Of a stretch of DNA of 64,000 bases, positions 27,370-41,657 are shown piece by piece. The position numbers were made by a program, and so were the translations under genes. Position 1 is the first letter of the stretch. Each line of letters opens with the position of its first letter. Source of the stretch: Octopus vulgaris (lineage: Eukaryota); NCBI GenBank assembly GCA_951406725.2, contig OX597816.1, forward strand, positions 80,104,001 through 80,168,000, read 5' to 3'. The notes beneath the pieces are model-generated. The model saw only the letters and a list, made by a program, of their open reading frames with translations. It was not told the origin of the DNA and searched no databases.

Positions 27370-27467
<98 letters not shown>

Positions 27468-28935
27468 GCTGTGTGTTGTGTTCTTGAGCAAGACACTTTA
27501 TTTCACGTTGCTTCAGTTCACTAAGCTGTAGAAATGTGTTGCGACGTCACTGGCGCCAAGCTGTCTCAGACTTTGCCGTTCCCTTGGATAATATCGGTAG
27601 CGTTGAGAATGGAGGCTGGTATGCATGGATGATTACTGGTCCTCTATGAACAACCTTGTCCGAACTTGTGCCATGGTCATTTTTGAACGAAGGGCGGTCT
27701 TTAACCTTTTTATAGATAGATTATTCTTTTATAAGAATAACGTTAGTGACTTCGAAATTTTGGCCTCCTTAGCCTTCATTGATTTGTGCTCCAAGTAAAA
27801 CATAAAAGATAAATACGATACTTTACAAAATGTAATGAGTTATCCTTCTTTTAATCTGAGACTGTTTTCATGGTACCTCAAAATTAGGCGGTGAGCCGGC
27901 AGAATTGTTAGCACGCCGAGTAAACTAGCGGCATTTCGCCCGTCTTTACGCTCTGAGTTCAAATTCCGCCGTAATCTAGAAGTTGATAAAGTAAATACCA
28001 GTTGAACACCAATGTCCAAGTAATCGACCACAAAATTTCTGGCCTTGTTCCTATGGGATAAAGGATTATACTGGTGTGTGTGTGTGTGTGGGACGTATCT
28101 TTTATCTGTTTTTGTCTATTAAAACTCACTTATTATCATTGATAGAAGATACATGTACAAAGTGTTATGCAAAAGGGCTGAACTTGAAACCGCGTGTGGC
28201 TAGGAAGTAACTTCCTAAAAACACATCCGTGGTGGTGGTGGTCGTGGGGAGTGTGTATATGTGAGAGGGGAAGAGAGAGAGAGAGAGAGAGAGAAATCTG
28301 TACGTTCAAAGTTCGTGTGAGAGACCGCCGGTAAAAGTAATTTATGTAAAAAAGAACGTGGCTTTGTCCTTCATGTCTAAAAAAAAACATGTTTTATAAA
28401 AAAAAAACACGTTTTAAATTAAATTAATCGTAAAATGAAATCACCCGAGGAATAAAATTGTGGAGAGATGAAACACATATGAAAAAGGAAATTGCACTTT
28501 TTTTTCTATATCTTTGATGTTTTTCGTAGTTCTACGATGAAAGTGTCAATTAAACCAATCAAAATAACGGTAAATTACAAGAGAAGGAAGTCTAAACTTC
28601 ACAAATTACTTAAAAGTATTGAAATACGTATAGAGATAAATAAATTACTGAACGAGGGCAACAGGATACGGACTGTTGCCAGTAAACAAAATGATGTATT
28701 ACGTAAAAGGTCATACTTCATCCATGTCGTTAGGTCATATCAAGTGTCAGCTTGATTCTATAAGATGACACATTCTATCCGATGAGATGACAATACAGAA
28801 ATATACATTACTGCATTACTTATATTTACACTAGTCCCTATAAAAAAAAGCCGATATGAGTGTTGATTGATGGGTTGGTTGATTGTATAGTTGGTCACTT
28901 TCTCCATCCACACTTTAAATCCTATAGAAACAGGA

Positions 28936-29350
28936 AGGCGGCGAGCTGGCAGAAACGTTAGCACGCCGGGCGAAATGCTTTACGGTATTTCGTCTGCCGC
29001 TACGTTCTGAGTTCAAATTCCGCCGAGGTCGATTTTGCCTGTCATCCTTTCGGGGTCGATTAAATAAGTACCAGTTACGCACTGGAATCGATATAATCGA
29101 CTTAATCCGTTTGCCTCTCCTTGTTTGTCCTCTCTGTTTTTAGCTCCTTCTGGGTAGTAAAGAAATAGGTATTTCGTCTGCCGCTACGTTCTGAGTTCAA
29201 ATTCCGCCAAGGTCGACTTTGCCTTTCATCCTTTCGGGGTCGATAAATTAAGTCCAGTTACGCACTGGGGTCGATGTAATTGACATAATCCGTTTTTATG
29301 TCCTTGTTTGTCCCCTCTATGTTTAGCCCCTTGTGGGCAATAAAGAAATA
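28936..29350 (+). mobile_element. SINE family 1 with tandem body duplication and 10-bp TSD
   Basis: TSD AGAAACAGGA (28926-28935 / 29351-29360); body repeats with period 184. Confidence 0.9.
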
Positions 29351-29794
29351 AGAAACAGGAGGAAGGGTTAAGAAGAGTAGAACAGAGATACAGAAGCAGT
29401 TATTATAAGAGATGCTGGATGAGCGCACTTACTGGGCTTGGGGGTAGGCAGTGAGTAAAAAATTCCTTCCAGATATACGCACGCGCACCATGAGAGAGAA
29501 GGAACCATGAGAAAGGAAGATGAGGAGAGGGCGTCAATGACAGAATAGTTAGGGAAGAGAGAAACAAATGACGAATTTATTTTATTTGATCTAATTTTAA
29601 GGTAATGAATATTTTTCTTTTGAAAATCATTATTCATTTCATCACGGTACAAACCATAAGAAACTTAATCAAAGTTAAATTATAATCATAGCATGAATGC
29701 TCTATTTTTTATGGCAAAAGTATACTTCCAATGTTACTATCATATGATGGCTAACTCTCTTGTACATAATGTTAGGTATACTGACGCAACAATT

Positions 29795-30595
29795 CTTTCT
29801 ACACTAGGAACAAGGCGTGAAATTTTGTGGAAGACGGCTAGTCGATTACACCGACCTCTGTGTTCGACTGATGCTTATTTTATTGACCCCCGAAAGGACG
29901 AAAAGTTAAGTCAACTCTGGAGGTATTCGAACTCAGAACGCAAACCTAAAGAAATGCCGCTGAGCATATTGTCCAGCGTGATAACGATTCTACCTGTTTG
30001 TCGCCTTATACTAACACATAATAATAGGCACAAGTTTTCCGTATATTGGAATTATTATTGTTACAAAACATATGTCGGTATATATGTCAACACAAATATC
30101 CGACCCACTGAATGATTCGAAACAAACAAACAAACAAACAAACAAAAAAAAAAAACATACGTTGGTTGGAAAATAATACAATTACTGGCCTACAAATTTG
30201 TTGTTCCACTCCATCAAATTTCTTTAACGGTTTCCGTTCCTCTAAACGACTGGGCTGCAAACCATTGCTTCTCCTCGTTAAGTCCAGCATTCTAAACACC
30301 CTAATAAACGGAACAAACTTTGCTTCCCAGATTTGCAGTCCTCTAGCACACATGTCTTTAACACGGGTTTGATATCAAACTTGAACCTAAGGCGGCGTGT
30401 TGGCAAAATCGTTAAAAAGCCAGACAAAATGCTTAGCGACATTCCATTCGTGTTTACGTTCTGAGTTCAAATTCCGCCGTGGCCGACTTTACCTTGTATT
30501 CTTTCGAGGTCGATAAATTGAGTACTGGGGACGATGTGATCTGCTTGATTGATCCCCGAAATTGCTAGCTTTGTGCCAAAATTTCAAGCCAATAT
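29795..30595. mobile_element. Two SINE family 1 copies (29795-30010 minus, 30389-30595 plus)
   Basis: Head and core matches. Confidence 0.7.
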
Positions 30596-31339
30596 CAAAC
30601 TTGCACCTCTAAGACTTCAAGTCAATCATTAATTGGCACCTACCAATGTTGGAAAGATTTTTTTAAAAATGCGCATTTTTTTCTTTGTCGTAGCAAGCTG
30701 ATATCACTCCTGTTTTAAACTTTGTTTTATGTCCAGCTGGATACCGAATGATCAACTATCATATAAAAGAGAGCATCTTATAATTCTTGAACTACTTCCA
30801 TTCAACTTGGATAAATTCTTCGGTTACTTATTTCAGCCAACGTATTTCAGTACAAAATTTAAATTTCCAAAATGAATTTAGATGGTACAACTGTAGCTGA
30901 CAGAAAACTACCACCAATAGCTTACAACTTAGAAGAAAATGTTTCTGCAACAATAGCGTTCGATAAAATGCACTCAGTTTATCAAGAATTCAGATCTACG
31001 TTGTTACGGCAATACGAAAGACGATGTTACACAAGGATTAAGTACATCCATTCTAGCAGAACTCCAGTCAATATCTTATGCCAAGAAACATTTGCACTCC
31101 AGAAGCTGATTGTCACAGCTGACAGATACAGATTAAAGAAAAGTACACAAGTACATTCTGTAACTTTTCTGCGCAATAATGCATTGACTTAATTGAAATG
31201 TTGAAAGTCTAAAATATATTCAGCTGAAATGTATGTCCTTTCAACATATTTTTTACATGAAGAACCTAGACATCATGCTTTGTAAACATAAGATGATTTA
31301 TGGAAAGGTAACTCCTTAAGGAGTGTCTCGAATGAGTGG

Positions 31340-32634
31340 TATATATTATATAATAGCATTTTGACCCAACTCCTTGCAACTTAAATTTTTGTAGGCTCGA
31401 AGAACGAACCTAGCCCGCCAGGAGTCTGCAAACCGAGTAAAAGGATGAGACAAATCCAAAATGGTTTCAACTTTGATCAATTGAGGTCATGTGGTTTTAT
31501 ATGTCTCGAAGCGAGATGGTCGGACAGGATGTCGATAGAGAGTTGTCGCCGCTATGTCTAGAAACTATAGTATGGTTTATTTAGCGACATCAGATCATTA
31601 CACATTATTGCGACGACAGCTTTTTCGTGAGAATAACCAGATTTGGTAGTGGTTAAAACTTTCCCAGAACCCATAAGTAATATAAACTTTTCAACTCCAA
31701 GATATCGTTTCCAATATCGCACGCTACAATAGACACCAACATACACCTATGCAGCCTCTAAAATCTACCTTAATCTGTAACTTACAAAATCCTAACTGGG
31801 AGGATACTGCTTTTCAAGGGCTCTGGCTTATAGAGCCACTCTCATACCACCCGATGAAATTCTAAGAGAGCACACGGCCGTGACAGCCATTGAAAAACAC
31901 CACTTCCTTATCCCTAGAGACTCTCTAATCACCAGAATGACTTTCCCAACATCGAATTGAGTATCATTAACAGAGCACCTTCGTACTCAACTGGAACTCG
32001 CAGTTGCAACCTCAGCGTCTGCGAGAGCCTGCAACTTACAATATTCAACGACAGGTAAATATATGCTCTGTTAATGAACTTCAAAACCACTGGAAGCTGG
32101 CAAATCAGATACACAACCTTCGGTTTGCCTGATTCATACTCTGGGGTGCGGTACTTAACTGCTACTTCTTGTACGGACTACAGCTCTATCCATACTGAAA
32201 ATCCAACGTAACACCACTGAATTTTAATCCAGCACCACCATATCTGATCGTACCCACAGAAAGGTTGTCGCCGCTGTAGTGTTAGTTCTCTAGTGACAGA
32301 CATACCGCTCCGCTACGAATAGCAACAAACGCAACGAATTGATGTTGCAAAATAAACCATTCTATAGTCTCCAGACAAAGCGGCGACAACCACTTACCAA
32401 TATCATATCAGAACATGTGGATCTCACAACAAACATAAGCTCTGATATCGCCCCACATCATTAACATCACGAGACCCGAGTTGACCAATAGAGGCCTAAT
32501 ATGTAGAAACCCTCTTGGATTTGTTACTCATGAAACCCTCATGAACATATATGTCTGACAAGCTAGGTTCGTTGTACGCGCCTATGAAACTTTAAGTTAT
32601 ATGGAGCCGAGCCAAACTGTTATTGAATATATAC
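31340..32634. mobile_element. Old TIR element (about 1.3 kb) with long imperfect terminal inverted repeats
   Basis: 31378-31414 versus reverse complement of 32562-32598: 31/37 identical by eye; similarity extends to about 75 bp. Confidence 0.6.
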
Positions 32635-32689
32635 AGCTGCGTGCGTGTGCACATACACGCGAGTGCTGTCCAAATTTCCGACGAGTCAC

Positions 32690-32955
32690 ATTCAGCTAGC
32701 TGGCATTCAATTGGCGTATCAAGTTTCGAGCATTTTGATTGGGTTTTGGATAGAAAATTCACAAAAAAGTCACTTCTATTGATTTTTAAATGGCTTTGCG
32801 GGGTGACTGGGGAAATGTAAAGATGTGCACGACTACACTTGGACGGTTTTAAATGACCATAGAAAGTGCGAGCCCTCTGACCGAAAAATTATGGATTTGT
32901 ATAAAGGATACACACACACACAGACAGACATTTTGCCGTTTATATATAGAGAGAT
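32690..32955 (+). mobile_element. Possible Helentron/DINE-like non-autonomous 3' end
   Basis: (CA)n-CAGACAGAC followed by ..CCGTTTATATATAGA terminus, resembling DINE-1-like elements. Confidence 0.35.
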
Positions 32956-33088
32956 GTAACACTGTCAATTGTATTGTGTGACGCCTTTTTTTGTTTGTTC
33001 AATCACTCGTATCTATCTATCTACATATATATACATACATATATATATATATACATATATACATACATATATACAAATATTTATATAC

Positions 33089-33157
<69 letters not shown>

Positions 33158-35804
33158 GCGTGTGTGTTTGTGTGTTTATGTGCATGTGTATGCGTGCGTC
33201 TATGCACGTCTCAGTGTTTTCCTGTGTGTATGTGTATATAATTGTAGTTAGTGATTCCGTTAGAAACGGAAAGATCCTGAGAGATGCATGGTTAATTAAT
33301 TTATGTAATAAGTGATTCTCATAGGACTTATTCTGTTGGAACACTTATCATTTTGTGTATATGTGTGTGTGTGTGTATGTACATGTGTGCGTTAGTGCGT
33401 GCGCGTGTGTGTGCGTGTGTATTCTTCTGTATCAAATATCTCCTTCCTATTGCGACACATTCACTTTTTATTTATAAATCTTTTTATTTTCCAAGCAATC
33501 ACCAAAATGTATGAGTACTTGGTTGACAAATTATTTGCGTAATATTATCTACTACTGGAAAAAAACTTATAATTAAGTGGACTCATATTTTCGTTCTTTC
33601 ATTTTTTTCAAGAGCAACTATTATACAGGAGACACAACTCCACAAGACAGAAACCAGCTGCTAGATGGAACTTGCTTACTTCTTTGTCCTTGGTTCAATC
33701 ACCGTCAAATATTTGATTAGCAAACCATTGGTCATTGACCGTTATTTTTCGTATTAGAATACATTGAAAATTTACGATACTGAACAATAGCAACAATAAT
33801 ATTTATTCTCGTCATCATCGTTACGATTTCCATGACGAAATCTTTATTGTGGGCCTAAAGATATCGATGCAGGGCCCTGCCTAAATCATCATATTTTTCC
33901 TCTTCCTCGCAGCAGTAAGGGACATGGTCAATGAACTTGTTAGGAATAACAGCCAAAGTTTCCGCAAATAATACTATTCTTTCTTTAAAAGGGAAAGAAG
34001 GCTTGCAACTTATAATTCTAAGTTTAGCACAAGGCCAGGATCTTTTGGGGAGAGAAAAGTAGATTACATCGATCGTAGCCGGTGGGGGCTCGTAGATAAA
34101 ATTAGAGGTGGTGCTGCTTCAGAAACATTTTAGCCGTTGTTTTAATATTGTGTGAAAGGAAACAGACATATAAAAAGAATATTTATATATAAACTTGATC
34201 GATTCGCGTTTTAGCCACTGCCGGGTAGCGTTTTTAATGTGTTCACTGAACACCACCACGAATTCGCCCTTGTTTTTCAAAAATTCCCCCTAAATCACAA
34301 AATAAAGGTGGAAAACCTGCCCTATTTTTCAAATCCTGGCAGCAACACTGAAGCTGGAAGCAGGATAATAATCTAATGCTACACTTAATCGTATTCAAGA
34401 ATATAAACACGTTTTCAAACACAACACCCACGGAGTCAAAAAGGAACACTACCTTTCACCGGCACTGCGTGAATGACAGTGCTCTCTCTCCCTAGCGTGA
34501 AGCTTCTTATCTCGGACATGTCAACATGCACACAACAGCCAAACACCCCATCGCTTGAACAGTGAAGCGCACAGTTCTATACAAGGATTTTTGTATTTTT
34601 TCAAAAACTAGGGGATAGCTACTGACATTAAAGCTTAAGGATTATATTATGTACAGGTATACAGAAAGAATTCAAGGAAAAAGAACTCATTATATTGAAT
34701 GATATCGAAAACATCGAGTGGAAACAGTGGGTGCTATAGTTCCGAAGTGTCCATACACGAGCCGCCACTGATCGTAGCATTTGATTCTTACTTTACTTTA
34801 TCGTGCATGGAAAGCGAAATGGGTTTCAGCGGGTTTTGAACACAAATACAATACCGGAACAAATGATGCTCCCTTGGAGCACTAACGATTCCGCCAGCTC
34901 CCTTCCGTAGCCTATTGCATAATTATATAGTTCTAGATACAGCACATGTGAAAATACAATGGCATAGATTTGTGACAATAATTCTGCTCATTCAGAGTTG
35001 ACCTGACCGGGAACTAAACAATAATAACGGCAACAACAACATTATCGACAACAACATCTATCGGCAACAGACCAAGAGATATGATACCCGGCAACGTAAA
35101 GAACAACTTATAAACAAAAGCATCAACGACGATGATAAAATAGCAACGTAATAACAACAAAAACAACAATGACAGCAACAGCGATAATACAAAACACTTC
35201 GCTTAACAAGCTGAAATATCTTTATATAAGTTTCCCACCATTACTTACATATCTTAACCTTATTATTTGTGCTACGAAAAGTGTCTAATATGACAAATCA
35301 GCGGAAGAAACAAACTGGATCTAACCACACAGCATGGTGCCACTATGACCAGAATATATAGTGTAGTTAAGAAAATAATTTTGTTGAGAAGATTATTCAA
35401 GAAGATTTATTTATTTATACATTTATTTTATTAAATAGGCAAGCTTTATTTATAAAACGAATACAGATCAAATGACTTCCGACATTCTATTTACCTGTAC
35501 GCAAAGAGAACGGCCAAGTCGTGTTAACTACGGTGCCTATCAACTGTAGTTCTATTCATATCGCACACTTGAACGTTTTTTTTTCGTCCTTACGATGACA
35601 CGAAAGTTCAATGTTAGAATAAAACTTTCAAGTTTCCCATGAATGTTTATCAAAGTAGAGGCATTAATCAACCAACGAACATAAGAAAATAGACGCTCCC
35701 ACATACAAAATATACACGTGTATTTGTACACGATCACTTACACACATACGCATACGCATACACTCATGCATACACACACAAGAACGCACACACGCCTGAT
35801 CGCA

Positions 35805-35869
<65 letters not shown>

Positions 35870-36596
35870 GCGCGCGCGCAAACATACACACGTATATACC
35901 TGCACCGATGTATGTTGCCGAAGTGGAGCAAGCTGAAACTTCGACGTCACTGACAACCGTTTCCTTGTAAAAGTTTATTAAATATGAAGCCTGCTAAAAT
36001 ATAGAGTAATTCATCACTTAAGCGCAGAATTGTTTTTCGTATATAACTCGACGTAAAAGCAAACATTAATACAGACACACACATACATAACTTATACTAT
36101 TGACGTGATGAGGATTTATAAACTTCCAAGAGAACATAAAATGATTCACTTTTGGAATAGTGGATCTCGAAGCACATAAAGTCATAAATAATAACATGTG
36201 ATTTGTTAATGTTAGCACTACAGATTTTTTATAGAAATTACAGCCAGCATAGATTTTGTTACGAATTTTCGTATCATAGACGCCAGAGGTAAACAAACAA
36301 TGACATCGAAGATGAATAATGGATCATGGGCGTTTATGACATATTTCAGGAATTTTTCCTTCCTTCATTAGCACCCATCCAACCAATCAATCATCCACGA
36401 ACTCATTGCTGAAATAGTGGTTATATAAATATAGCGGTTATTGGGTATATCAATTGGGTAATGTTATCAATTTTACGTATTAATCACATTCCTGCAAGCT
36501 GGTACGTAAATATTAATGACTTGTAGGAACACGGTATTTCGTTATGCAAACATTATATTGAACTATAATATAGAACGTGCAATCATAATACAGAAT

Positions 36597-36830
36597 AAGG
36601 CGGCGAACTGGTAGAATCGTTAGCACGCCGGGCGAAAGGCTGACCGGTATTTCATCTGCCGTTACGTTCTGAGTTCAAATTCCACTGAAGTCTACTTTGC
36701 CATTCATTTTTTTTGGGTCAATTAAATAAGTACCAGTTACGCACTGGGGTTGATGTAATCGACTTAATCCCTTTGTCTGTCCTTTTTTGTCCTCTCTATG
36801 TTTAGCCTCCTGTGGGCAATAAAGGAATAA
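36597..36830 (+). mobile_element. SINE family 1
   Basis: Full head, core and tail. Confidence 0.85.
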
Positions 36831-36899
36831 ATATAGAACACGGTATTGACTTATACAAAAACGTTTAATATACACTGTTGTTGGATATTCTCGTATGTG

Positions 36900-37084
36900 T
36901 TACCCAGCTGGACGGGACGCCAGTCCATCGCAGCGTTACTCATTTTTGCTAGCTGAGTGGACTGGACCAACGTGAAATGAAGTGTTTTGCTCAAGAACAC
37001 AAACGCGTTGTCCGGTCCAGGAATCGAAACCACAATCTTACGAACATTGTGCTGACACCCTAACCACTAAACCACGCGCCTCCC
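36900..37084 (-). mobile_element. tRNA-derived SINE family 4 (CORE/V-like boxes)
   Basis: Minus strand GGAGGCGCGTGGTTTAGTGGTTAGG..GGTTTCGATTCC..GTGTTCTTGAGCAAAACACTT..GCGATGGACTGGCGTCCCGTCCAG; related partial copy near 27466-27710. Confidence 0.7.
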
Positions 37085-37087
37085 CTA

Positions 37088-37161
<74 letters not shown>

Positions 37162-37334
37162 CATAAGAGGGATCAGCCATCTGAATGTGGCTAGGGTCAG
37201 GGCGGGGTGGTGGGGGTGTTACTGATGCATTTAGCCCCAGGCGAACATCGACGTCACCAGAAGAGCTGACACCATCTCGGTGTCTCTTGCCAGCCAGCAA
37301 AGGGAGATCAGCCTCCCCGAAGATACGGATACTA

Positions 37335-37377
37335 CACACGGACCGGTTTCGAGGTTATTGCCTCTTGTCAACGTATG
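37335..37377 (-). ncRNA. Type I hammerhead ribozyme (U3-A8 variant)
   Basis: Exact reverse complement of 37785-37827. Confidence 0.8.
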
Positions 37378-37784
37378 GTAAGCACCGCTCTTCGTTGAGG
37401 GACTTCCTCTGCAGGCTGGATATATATAGATTTTCACAGTAACCACAGTCACTGGCGTAACCACAGTCACTGGCGTAACCACAGTCACTGGCTGATCTCC
37501 CTTTGCTGGCTGGCAAGGACACCGAGATGGTGTCAGCTCTTCTGGTGACGTCGATGTTCGCCTGGGGCTAAATGCATCAGTAACACCCCCACCACCCCGC
37601 CTGACCCTAGCCACATTCAGATGGCTGATCCCCCTTATGTTATAGAGCAGTTACTGTTTATATCTCGCCCAGAGATTTATTATTGTTTTCGAACAGATTT
37701 TCTACGCCAGTGACTGTGGTTACTGTGAAAATCTATATATATCCAGCCTGCAGAGGAAGTCCCTCAACGAAGAGCGGTGCTTAC

Positions 37785-37827
37785 CATACGTTGACAAGAG
37801 GCAATAACCTCGAAACCGGTCCGTGTG
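37785..37827 (+). ncRNA. Type I hammerhead ribozyme (U3-A8 variant)
   Basis: CAUACG-UUGACAA-GAGG caauaa CCUC-GAAA-CCGG-UC/CGUGUG; predicted cleavage after C37821. Confidence 0.82.
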
Positions 37828-38324
37828 TAGTATCCGTATCTTCGGGGAGGCTGATCTCCCTTTGCTGGCTGTCAAGGACACCGAGATGGTGTCAGCTCTT
37901 CTGGTGACGTCGATGTTCGCCTGGGGCTAAATGCATCAGTAACACCCCCACCACCCCGCCCTGACCCTAGCCACATTCAGATGGCTGATCCCTCTTATGT
38001 TATAGAGCAGATACTGTTTATATCTCGCCCAGAGATTTATTATTGTTATATATATATATATATATATCTAAAGACATAATCTCTACACATGAAAGAATCA
38101 ACAAGAATCTTTTTATTGAAAAATTCCAAACGCGTCTTAATATGCAAACTCCACGGTAACCATACTCTTTTTTCTAGCATCCTATCTGACACAAAATTGA
38201 TTCCCCTTCCTCAATTTAAAAAAAAACATTTCCCCTTCTAAATCGTGAAAATTTGCCTTCCAATGAAAACTGGTTTGATTTATTATTTTTTCTTTTTTAA
38301 TTTTTCATACACCCATTTTTATTA

Positions 38325-38932
<608 letters not shown>

Positions 38933-39160
38933 CAGAGTTGGCCAAAAGTCACAGTAAATCAAAGCCATTTAATTCCAAGACTTATATATGTTTAACAAGT
39001 GATTGAATTGAATAAAAGCATCTAAATATAAAACATCATGAAAATTGTTCAAACTGAAGTCCTTCTTGAGCGACACATTTTTCCATTTGATTAAATACAG
39101 AATTACAGATAGTATTTATGAAATTTTGATTTACAGTCGGATGACATTTGACCAACCCTG
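38933..39160. mobile_element. Tc1/mariner-type MITE (228 bp)
   Basis: TA|CAGAGTTGGCCAAAAGTCA ... TGACATTTGACCAACCCTG|TA, imperfect TIRs with TA duplication. Confidence 0.75.
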
Positions 39161-39339
39161 TATACATACACATATACATACATATATGCACATGTATTTA
39201 TTTATATATGTCTAGATATGTTAATTGTCATGTAACATCTTTTATATAACTACAGTATTATGAAACATCTGTAAGGCTATAAAAACTAAAATTACACACA
39301 TCTACACAAACGAAATTTTAAAATATCACCATTACTAAC

Positions 39340-39565
39340 CGTTGTCCGAAAGTTATGGAGCAGATAACATTGGCAATGGCTGTTTGCGTGACATCATGAA
39401 TATCAAATGGTACATTCACCATTTGTTCAATGGCTGCGATGAAAGCTTTTAGTTCAGTTTGTACACGTAGTTCCAAGTTTGCTTTTCGAAGACCAAATTC
39501 TTTTAAAGCACCGAGCGTGAATTTTCTTTGTTCTTTCCAGGTAACACCATTCGTTGAAACAATTC
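39340..39565 (-). CDS. Cytochrome P450 (clan 2) internal exon: C-helix region
   Basis: GIVSTNGVTWKEQRKF (WxxxR)..ANVICSITFGQR; acceptor ttacag, donor gttagt; 226 bp, phase 1/2. Confidence 0.95.
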
Positions 39566-39692
39566 CTGTAAGGATAGAAATGTGTATATGTATATATGTT
39601 CGCACATGCACACACGCACACATACATAATACATATATACATATACATAAATACATAAATATATGTATGTATTTATGTATTACTTAAACCTT

Positions 39693-39781
<89 letters not shown>

Positions 39782-40082
39782 CATTACTTGCTGCCGAATG
39801 TAACTGCACTTGCGCGGTGGATTTGAAAAATTAGAATGTATGTGTACGTAGCACGCGAATTCACCATGCTGCATAATTATGCATTAATCTTAGCGCCCTT
39901 ACTGAAGAAGCACGGATGGCAAATTAATTTATTTGCCCATTAACACAGAAACTCGAATCTAGGGGTAACTATAGAGATAATTTTATTTTCATTTTTCATT
40001 CACTGTGAAATTACTCTTATTCGTGGTTTGGGCTGTAACTGCCCTTTCTAGCATATATGTATTGATACGTACACTATTTTAC

Positions 40083-40123
<41 letters not shown>

Positions 40124-40427
40124 CACACACACACACATACATACACATATATATAAAATTGTAAAGTTTTCCTGTACTAAATTGTGTATTAAACAGTTGA
40201 GCCAGTGAAAGATACGATGTTTTCATCCCTATTTCCCTAATATAAAAGTATATATAATTTGGGCACTATGAAGCACCAGCTTTGCTAAAAAGGGGAATCA
40301 TAATTAACTTCGAAACCACAGGAATCATCATTAAATTTTTACAGGAATGTAGTGATGATTAGCGTGGCTTCGGAGTTTATTGTGACTCCTTTTCATTGCA
40401 AAGCTGGTGCTTTATAGTACCCAAATT

Positions 40428-40502
<75 letters not shown>

Positions 40503-41657
40503 TATACGGTTTTATGCTTGCGGCCACTAATATTATTATTTCTTTTGAAAAATAATGTTATCATATTTATATATATATATTTATATATACCAAAGACAAG
40601 ACGGCTTGAAACGAAATATTGTAAAGAATTTACGCCTGGATTTTACAGTTTATGCATCATCAGAGCTCTTAAACACCGTATCATGATTCTCTTTACTCTT
40701 TAGGAGTCGATAAACATGTATTTATTTACAAAGTACTGAGATAGATATAATTGATTATACTCAACCCGCAAAATTTTAAAATCATTATTTTTCAGAGTGC
40801 TAGTCGAAATCTTAGGCTAGATCAAAACCATGTGAAGCTTCGAAGGAACCTGTTGAGTGTACCAAACCGGGTTTTGGGCAATAGATTTAATCCCTTGATA
40901 AGCTTAACATCATCATCAAGTCTTTTACTACATTGTCTACCCTGGTACAAACATTAGCACCAGAGTCCTATTTTAATTAGCTGCTTTAGTCCCTACCACC
41001 AGTGCCAGAGGCCCTGAATGTGGTCAACGTCATTACTCTTATTCGTTTGACTAAACCATATAAAAACCTAGTAGGAATTTCAATTGACAGTGCCTTATTT
41101 GAAAATTCGTAGATCATGGAGTTAATGGATTAAGTGTATCCCATTATATGCATTGTACTTATTAAATTGACTTCCAAAGATTATGATATGAGTACGGAGA
41201 CAAATAAATCGGCCTCAGTATTTCTCAAACATATTTTGTTACTTAACCTTTATGCTATTTTCTAAAAGTCGTGGAATCCATACCTATATTCTATGGACAA
41301 CACAACCACGAAATTTTTATAAGACATTAAATGAAACAAAAACTGCTTTAAAACAAATAAAAAAAAATTATATAACTTATCCTGAAAATGAGTATCACTT
41401 TTTATTTTAAAAAATTTTAGTAAATTTTATTAAGAGATATTTTTTATAGTGGAGCCCGAATATTTTTTCATAGTACTCTAAAGTTCCACAGAACTGATTT
41501 TGGGAAACACAGCTATAAATCTTTTGACAGGTGCTCTAATGTTTCTGTTGCTCTAGGATTTGTAAAAGTCTCATATTTTAATAATTTAGAGTATCATTAA
41601 AAGATCACACACATTCTGAAAAATGCAGCCGATATAAATGAACGGAGATACAAATAT

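Larger units (their letters stand above)
37157..38047. mobile_element. Hammerhead-containing 359-360-bp-unit repeat (candidate non-LTR retrozyme): inverted partial copy plus about 1.55 tandem units
   Basis: Minus copy 37157-37459; three copies of an 18-bp repeat at 37439-37492; plus-strand tandem 37490-38047 with period 359-360; flanked by (TA)n on both sides. Confidence 0.85.

Noticed and set aside
37439-37492. Three 18-bp direct repeats as a CRISPR-like array
   Set aside because: No spacers, eukaryotic context, and explained by duplication of element sequence.
37085-37907. Short ORFs overlapping the 360-bp repeat
   Set aside because: Not conserved in frame with the 2.2-2.6 kb copy; conservation follows RNA pairing rather than codons.
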